Assembly (NCBI GenBank): GCA_049288935.1 | Contig: JBAQIQ010000079.1 | Span: 4,339 to 68,338 of the forward strand | Reading direction: 5' to 3' | Length of the DNA stretch: 64,000 nt | From: Candidatus Competibacteraceae bacterium | GTDB lineage: Bacteria; Pseudomonadota; Gammaproteobacteria; Competibacterales; Competibacteraceae | In this document: piece after piece, positions 58,177 to 64,000 of the stretch | How the letters are laid out: every line of letters starts with the position of its first letter | How positions within the stretch are numbered: the first letter of the stretch is position 1 | Notes under the pieces: model-generated | The model's database searches: none | Told to the model about the DNA's origin: nothing | The model's input: the letters and a program-made list of their open reading frames with translations, nothing else | Program-made: the position numbers and the translations under genes

Positions 58177-61100
58177 GGCCCCGCCATCAACTCATCGAGT
58201 GCAACGACTAACTCCAGCGCAGGTCGGTCACGGAAGACGCCACATTCCGCGCCGAGCGCCGGATCCATACCACGCAGGAACAGGTAAAACACCCCGCCGA
58301 AATGCCGCTCATAATCATAGCCGACCACTCGCAACCGTAGATAGCGATGCAACGCCACGGTATAAATCAGATATTGCAACACATACGCCTCGCGGGCCAT
58401 CACCTCGGCCAAGCGCTCTGTTCGATAGGCGGCGGCTTCCAGACCCAGCCAGTTGGATTTGTAATCGACCAGGTAAAATCGCCCGTCCGCTTCAAACACC
58501 AGATCGATGAAACCCTTCATGTAACCCCGTAATGGACTGAATTCCAGCCGGTCAATCATGTCCCGAAAAGGGCCGGTCGTGTAGCCATGCCGCTCTAACA
58601 GTCGCCGCAACACCTCAGCGCGCAGGTGGGTGACTGGATAGTAGAATTCCAGTTCGTTGATGCGCCGATCCAGCGTCACCGTTCCCAACCGTAGCCCATT
58701 GCTTTCCAGTGGCGTCGCCAACACCCGCTCCACCCAGTCCACCACGGTGGGAGTCCAGACCTCAGCGTCCAGCCCGTGTCCAGTCAACGTGCGCCGCACC
58801 CGTTCCTCCAGCAATTCCCGCTCTCTGCGGCTGAAGTCCAGCCGTTCAAAAATCGTATGTAAACAGGTTCCGGCCCGTGCGCCACGGGGAAAAGTAAATA
58901 CATTCAGGCCCACCAGCGCGGTTTCCACCGCAGGCGGCGCTGGCGTGGCCACGGTCATATCATAATCAGGCGTCTCCGCCGACTGCCCGGCGGTCAGGGA
59001 GGTAAAACTGCCCACCCGCCAGAATTCGGCCAGTGAGCGGGCAAAACCCCGCGCCTGCAACTCCGGCTCTGCCATCGCGGGCGGTTGATAACGGCTTCCG
59101 GTTTCCCGAGGGATCGGCGTGATGGCGACCGTTTCGCTGACCGCAGCAAAGACCTGTTGTAACTCATTACGGAATCCGGACGCATCCAGCTTCTGAAAGT
59201 GTTCCTGGGTCGCCTGTAACCAGTCCTTGCCCACTTCCTTCACCGTTGGATGGTGCAGCAGCCAGGCGGCGGGCGCCGTGTCGGCATCCTTGATCTTGCC
59301 CCAAACCAGATAGCAGCGCTGTTTAGCGCGCGTCAGCGCGACATAGAACAGCCGCAGGTTCTCGGCCATTTCTTCGCGGCGGGCCAGTTGCACAGCAGGA
59401 TCGTCTTCACCCGCGCCGATCGCGAGAATGGAACGGCGCGAATCTTGCGGATCGTGATACAGCAATCCATCACCCTCTTTCCCGGCCCGCAATCGGCCAT
59501 CCCATAGAAACGGGCAGAACACGATTTCATATTCCAGCCCCTTGCTCTTGTGAACCGTCACAATGCGCACCAGGTTCTCGTCACTTTCCAGTCGCAACTG
59601 TTGCTCTTCATCCTTGTTACTGGGCAGGCGGCGGCTGTCCCCAAGCCATTTGAGCAAACCTGCCATGCCCGGATGCGTGCGGCTGGCGATGTGCGCCAAT
59701 TCCGCCAGATGCAGCAGATTGGTCAAACGCCGGTCGCCATCACGGAAGGACAGCAACCGTTGCGGCACGCCTTCATGGATCAGCCAGGTACGGAAAAAGC
59801 GCATAAAACCATGCTCTTGCCATAACAGCCGGTAGTCCTGGAACTTCTCCAGCCAGCGCGCCCAGCCTTGCTCCTCCTCCCGCAAGCGATGCAGCTCCTC
59901 GCCGGTCAGCCCGAACAGATCAGCAGCCAGCGCCGTCCGCACCCGCCCTTCATGACCCGGCTCTGTCACCGCCGCCAACAGCCATTCCAGTTGCCGGGCT
60001 TCATCGGTGATGAACACGCTATCATCGGCATGTTGCACACTCGGCACATTCAGCCGCAGCAGTTGCCGACGGATCAATCGCCCCTGCCAATGGCTGCGCA
60101 CCAGCACCGCGATGTCGCCGCCTGCCAGTGGCCGGCGTCCAAGATGCGCCTGATCCCGTGCGCCGAGATTCAATAATCGGGCGATTTCAGCGGCGGTCGC
60201 CTGGGCAGCTCGTTCGCTGGCGATGCCCTTGCTCACCGGCGACCCTGAACCTTCCGGCTCCAGCAACCAAAGTTGCAATGGCTTCTCCAGCCGGCCATCC
60301 ATGAGCAACGGCTCACGCTGCGGATCCGGCGCGGGAATGGCGTCGTGAAAGGGAATGCCTTCGAATAGAAACGGCTGATTCTTGACCGTGCCGAAGACTG
60401 CATTGAGCGCCGTCAGCAAGCGTGGATCGGAACGCCAGTTGACCTCCAGGGTATGTTGCTGGGTCGTGGTGCGGCGGGCGGTGAGGTACGCGAAGATGTC
60501 CGCGCCGCGAAAACTGTAAATAGCCTGTTTGGGATCGCCCACCAGGAACACCGGCTGACCCGTCCCGGCATAGATGTAGTGGAAAATTTCATACTGCACC
60601 GGGTCGGTGTCCTGAAATTCATCGATCAGCGCGGCGGCGTAGCGGTCATGAAGGGTCTTGATCAGCGCGGGACCTCGCCGGGGGTGTTGCAGGGCGGCGT
60701 GCAGGTCCAGCAGCAAATCATCGTAGGACTGAACCTGTTCCCGGCGTTTGCGAACCGCCAGTTCATCATTGCAATAGGCCAGTAGCTTGACCGGGATTTG
60801 ATAGCGGCAGTAATCGGCCAGCGCGTCGCAGGCGGCGTTCAGCATCTCGCAGGCGTCAAAAAAGGCATGGTGCGGAACCGCTGCCCCCTTCTTGATCGAT
60901 GCTTGCAATTTGCGCGTCGTGAACTGGGCAAACTTCTCAAACTTCGCCAGGCGTGGGGGGGCAGCGCTAAGATAAATCTCCATCGCCTCCAGCCAGCCGG
61001 GAATGGATTTCAGGTGATATTTCTGCCGGTTCAGCGCCGACGAAGTCAGTAGCAACTCCTCAATGGCGGCGCGATCCTGCCGCCAGAGATCGCGGGCCTG

Positions 61101-61766
61101 CTGAAAGGCGGCATTGAACGCCTGCTCCAGCGCCGGACCGTCGGCACTGCTGTTCGGCGTGACGATTTGCAGATAGGGCTTGCCGAGATGGGGTTCGATC
61201 TGCCGCAGCAGCGTGTCCGGGCTCGCGTGCTGGTCGAGGAAATACTGCACTACGATGGGTGAACCGGGATAGAACTCCCGCCGCCAGAAATCCTCGACGA
61301 TTTCCCGCAACAGCTCACGGGTATCCGCCATCAACTCCGTGTCGAACGACAGCCCGCTTTCAAAAGCATTGTCGCCGAGCACCCGCTTGCAGAAACCGTG
61401 GATGGTGAAAATGGCGGCTTCGTCGAACCCGCGCAGGGCATTGCTTAACCGGCGAATGGCGCGTTCCCGATCCGGTGTTAAATCCAGTAAGCGAACGCCT
61501 AACTCATCACCGGCGGCGGCGCGACCCTCCAGAAAGGCGTGGCGGATTTGCACCAGCCGGCTGCGAATGCGGTCACGCAGTTCTTTGGTGGCGGCGTTGG
61601 TGTAGGTGACCACCAGAATGCGGTTGACCGGAATCCGCGCCTCGACCACCAGCCGCAGATAGAGGGCGGTAATCGTATAAGTCTTCCCGGTTCCAGCACT
61701 GGCTTCGATCAGGTTGAAACCGGCTAGTGGCGTATCGAGCGGATCAAGGCGTTGCATCGTGACCAT
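58173..61766 (-). CDS. recB: exodeoxyribonuclease V subunit beta
   Basis: NLIEASAGTGKTYTITALYLRL, IDEFQDTDP, VTVHKSKGLEYEIVF, and a C-terminal nuclease (GFIDLVFEADGRFYLVDYKSN). The start is at ATG 61766 or 61757. The track ORF's first 38 codons overlap mepA. Confidence 0.9.
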   Translation of the reverse strand: MVTMQRLDPLDTPLAGFNLIEASAGTGKTYTITALYLRLVVEARIPVNRILVVTYTNAATKELRDRIRSRLVQIRHAFLEGRAAAGDELGVRLLDLTPDRERAIRRLSNALRGFDEAAIFTIHGFCKRVLGDNAFESGLSFDTELMADTRELLREIVEDFWRREFYPGSPIVVQYFLDQHASPDTLLRQIEPHLGKPYLQIVTPNSSADGPALEQAFNAAFQQARDLWRQDRAAIEELLLTSSALNRQKYHLKSIPGWLEAMEIYLSAAPPRLAKFEKFAQFTTRKLQASIKKGAAVPHHAFFDACEMLNAACDALADYCRYQIPVKLLAYCNDELAVRKRREQVQSYDDLLLDLHAALQHPRRGPALIKTLHDRYAAALIDEFQDTDPVQYEIFHYIYAGTGQPVFLVGDPKQAIYSFRGADIFAYLTARRTTTQQHTLEVNWRSDPRLLTALNAVFGTVKNQPFLFEGIPFHDAIPAPDPQREPLLMDGRLEKPLQLWLLEPEGSGSPVSKGIASERAAQATAAEIARLLNLGARDQAHLGRRPLAGGDIAVLVRSHWQGRLIRRQLLRLNVPSVQHADDSVFITDEARQLEWLLAAVTEPGHEGRVRTALAADLFGLTGEELHRLREEEQGWARWLEKFQDYRLLWQEHGFMRFFRTWLIHEGVPQRLLSFRDGDRRLTNLLHLAELAHIASRTHPGMAGLLKWLGDSRRLPSNKDEEQQLRLESDENLVRIVTVHKSKGLEYEIVFCPFLWDGRLRAGKEGDGLLYHDPQDSRRSILAIGAGEDDPAVQLARREEMAENLRLFYVALTRAKQRCYLVWGKIKDADTAPAAWLLHHPTVKEVGKDWLQATQEHFQKLDASGFRNELQQVFAAVSETVAITPIPRETGSRYQPPAMAEPELQARGFARSLAEFWRVGSFTSLTAGQSAETPDYDMTVATPAPPAVETALVGLNVFTFPRGARAGTCLHTIFERLDFSRRERELLEERVRRTLTGHGLDAEVWTPTVVDWVERVLATPLESNGLRLGTVTLDRRINELEFYYPVTHLRAEVLRRLLERHGYTTGPFRDMIDRLEFSPLRGYMKGFIDLVFEADGRFYLVDYKSNWLGLEAAAYRTERLAEVMAREAYVLQYLIYTVALHRYLRLRVVGYDYERHFGGVFYLFLRGMDPALGAECGVFRDRPALELVVALDELMAGP

Positions 61767-61767
61767 C

Positions 61768-62622
61768 TCACCGTTGCGCGGTGGGATTCTCCAGCACCCA
61801 ATTACAGGCTGCCGGCAATCGATCCACCGAGGGTGGTTCCGGTTTCCGGTAGGGCTTGGGCGAACGCGCCGCTTGCACAATATCCCTGACCCAGTTGGCT
61901 AAATCCGCATCACAGCCATCGCCGGGCGGGAGCGGTTTCTGCGCTTGGCATTGGGCAGAATCAGGCGGACAGGCCAGCCGGACATGGAAATGGGCGTCAT
62001 GACCCCACCACGGACGCACCTTGTTCAACCAGCGCCGGTCCACTTCACTGTTGCACAACGCCTGCTTGATGATGGCGTTGACGAAAATGCGCTCTACTTC
62101 GGGCGACAGCGCCGCTTGTTTCAACGCATCCCGGTAGCGCAGCGACCAGTCGGCCTGGCTCAACGTCCCCTCGGTCATACGCACCATCGACGGTGCACCC
62201 GTCTTTTCGATCTCCACCCGCGACAACACCCGGTTACGCGGTTGTTGCAGAAACCACACATCCACGTCCAACCCGCTTTGATGGCTGCGATGACCGGTGG
62301 GCGTCGGTCCACCGCGGGGCTGTCCCAGATCGCCGATCAATAGCCGGCTGCCCTGGGCGCCCGCCTGCTGGCCCAACCGTTCTACGAAGCGCACCAGTTG
62401 GGGATGACCATAATAGCGATTGCGGCTGACGCGCATGACCTGATACCCCTCGCCCACCAACGGCAATGCGACCGCTCCGGCAATACAGCCTGCGTTATAG
62501 GAACCGATGACCTGCGGCAGACCGGTCAACGGGTAACGAACGGCGCTCCAGACATTGCCAGCGTGGGCGGACATCGCGCCCAAGGACCACAGAAAAAGGA
62601 TAGAGATAAAACGAACCGTCAT
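61768..62622 (-). CDS. mepA: penicillin-insensitive murein DD-endopeptidase
   Basis: YNAGCIAGAVALP, YQVMRVSRNRYYGHPQLV, HRSHQSGLDVDVWF and VRPWWGHDAHFHVRLACP closely parallel E. coli MepA. Signal peptide present. Confidence 0.9.
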   Translation of the reverse strand: MTVRFISILFLWSLGAMSAHAGNVWSAVRYPLTGLPQVIGSYNAGCIAGAVALPLVGEGYQVMRVSRNRYYGHPQLVRFVERLGQQAGAQGSRLLIGDLGQPRGGPTPTGHRSHQSGLDVDVWFLQQPRNRVLSRVEIEKTGAPSMVRMTEGTLSQADWSLRYRDALKQAALSPEVERIFVNAIIKQALCNSEVDRRWLNKVRPWWGHDAHFHVRLACPPDSAQCQAQKPLPPGDGCDADLANWVRDIVQAARSPKPYRKPEPPSVDRLPAACNWVLENPTAQR

Positions 62623-62830
62623 ACCGGGCGCTCCTCCAGCGTAAGTTGATGTGACAAGCTTAGCGGAAAGTCGTTACTCAGTCCCCCCTTTGGCGCCGGA
62701 GGTGAGAGGGACTGGGCTTTAGACCGAGGCGCTGACTCTTTTAGGCAAGCGACCCCGATGGCAATAACGCTATGCTGGTTAATAAGTGCGCTGAAACAAA
62801 TGTTTGCCTGCATCCGAGGAGAATGTCGCC

Positions 62831-64000
62831 ATGCTGCCCGACTATTTTGAATTTTCCCTCCCGACTCGCGTGATCTACGGGGTCGGCGTCATTGCCGCTT
62901 TGCACGATGCCGTCGCTCATTACGGTTCTCGGCGGGCGCTGCTGGTGACTGATGCGGTTCTGGTGCAAACCGGACTGGTGGAACGGGTGAAGGCAGGCTT
63001 CGCCCGCACCGCCATTGAAATCGCCGCCATCTATGATCAAGTGCCGCCGAATTCCACGATCAGGACCGTGGAGGATTGCGCGGCGCTGGGCCAGGCGCAG
63101 CACTGCGATTTGATCATCGGTCTGGGCGGCGGCAGCGTGCTGGATACCGCCAAAGTCGCCAATATTCTCATGGTCAAGGGCGGCCAGGTCGCCGAGCACA
63201 TGGGCGCTTATCTGCTCGGCCAGACCCGTCTGTTGCCGCTGTTCCTGATTCCCACCACCGCCGGCACCGGCTCGGAAGTGACCAAGGTGGCAGTGATCGC
63301 CGATCCTGACCACGATGTGAAATTGCCGTTCGCCGAGACGCAATTTCTGCCTGATCTGGCAATTCTCGATCCCGAACTGACCCGCAGCCTGCCACCGAAA
63401 TTGACGGCGATGACCGGCATGGACGCGCTGACTCACGCCATTGAAGCCTATGTAGACAAGGAGTGGTCGCCGGCGTCCGACGGGCTGGCGCTACAAGCCA
63501 TTCGACTCATTCGGGACTATCTGTTGCGGGCTTGCGCTCAGCCGAATGACTTGCAAGCGCGTGGGGCGATGCTGGCGGCGAGTTGTCTGGCGGGCATTGC
63601 CTTTTCCCATTCGATGGTCGGCATGGTGCATGGCATTTCTCATGCGCTGGGCGGGGTGTATCACATCCCACACGGGCTGGCGAACGCGCTGGTATTACCC
63701 GAAGTGATGGACTACAACCTGGAAACACGGCTGGATCGGTACGCCGACATCGCCGAGGCGCTGGGTGTGGTGTTCCCGCGACCGGGCGCAGCGCTGGAGA
63801 ATCTGCTGCGCTACAGTCCGCTGCGCTTCGCCGCGCCATTGGCCCGACCTTTGGCGGGGATGGATCGCTGGTTCCGGCGCAAGGCGGCGAAAGCGAGCAT
63901 TGCCTATGTCCGCCGGTTGAATCAGCACTTGGCGCATGTGACCGGGATGCCGCTGAACCTGCGCGATGCAGGGATTCAGGACGGGCTGGCGAAACTGGAG
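62831..64000 (+). CDS. iron-containing (group III) alcohol dehydrogenase; 3' end runs off the window
   Basis: My translation from the ATG at 62831 gives MLPDYFEFSLPTRVIYGVGVI..., GLGGGSVLDTAKV, PTTAGTGSEVT, MDALTHAIEAY, HGISHALGGVYHIPHG. It is not in the ORF track because it is open at the right edge. Confidence 0.85.
   Translation, partial: MLPDYFEFSLPTRVIYGVGVIAALHDAVAHYGSRRALLVTDAVLVQTGLVERVKAGFARTAIEIAAIYDQVPPNSTIRTVEDCAALGQAQHCDLIIGLGGGSVLDTAKVANILMVKGGQVAEHMGAYLLGQTRLLPLFLIPTTAGTGSEVTKVAVIADPDHDVKLPFAETQFLPDLAILDPELTRSLPPKLTAMTGMDALTHAIEAYVDKEWSPASDGLALQAIRLIRDYLLRACAQPNDLQARGAMLAASCLAGIAFSHSMVGMVHGISHALGGVYHIPHGLANALVLPEVMDYNLETRLDRYADIAEALGVVFPRPGAALENLLRYSPLRFAAPLARPLAGMDRWFRRKAAKASIAYVRRLNQHLAHVTGMPLNLRDAGIQDGLAKLE

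Overview
This window looks like core chromosome of a gammaproteobacterium, roughly 60% GC by eye. The Tat-exported HiPIP and the hfq-hflXKC-DUF2065-hisZ-purA synteny suggest a sulfur-oxidiser or Chromatiales-like lineage, but I cannot assign a taxon from sequence alone. About 54 densely packed protein genes are supported.

Housekeeping blocks:
- argE (partial) and argA, aroC
- mutL-miaA-hfq-hflX-hflK-hflC-DUF2065-hisZ-purA
- dapA-bamC, gcvR, a PIN-PhoH gene, cls
- dcd, apbC, metG
- mepA-recB-recD
- a fragment of the cobalamin pathway (cobM, cobK, cbiD, cbiA)

I found no rRNA, tRNA, CRISPR array, IS element, integrase, prophage or obvious defence island. All product calls rest on motif and family recognition from the translations, because no searches could be run.

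The parts not explained by textbook functions are:
1. An operon-like block at 18.4-23.8 kb. It couples a PatB-type C-S lyase, an orphan MacB/LolD-type ABC ATPase, a Cys-motif 8-helix membrane protein, a TlpA thioredoxin lipoprotein and two NosL/TRASH-like metallochaperone paralogs directly to cobM.
2. Two paralogous membrane-spanning Hanks-type Ser/Thr kinases. One has an extracytoplasmic PEGA plus MORN-repeat tail. The other is translationally coupled to an OmpA-domain lipoprotein.
3. A GNAT/C39-peptidase fusion paired with an N-terminally extended RimK-type ATP-grasp ligase.
4. An EF-G paralog coupled to a DUF1015-like gene.

Several long ORFs in the six-frame track are antisense shadows of real genes in GC-rich DNA and are rejected.
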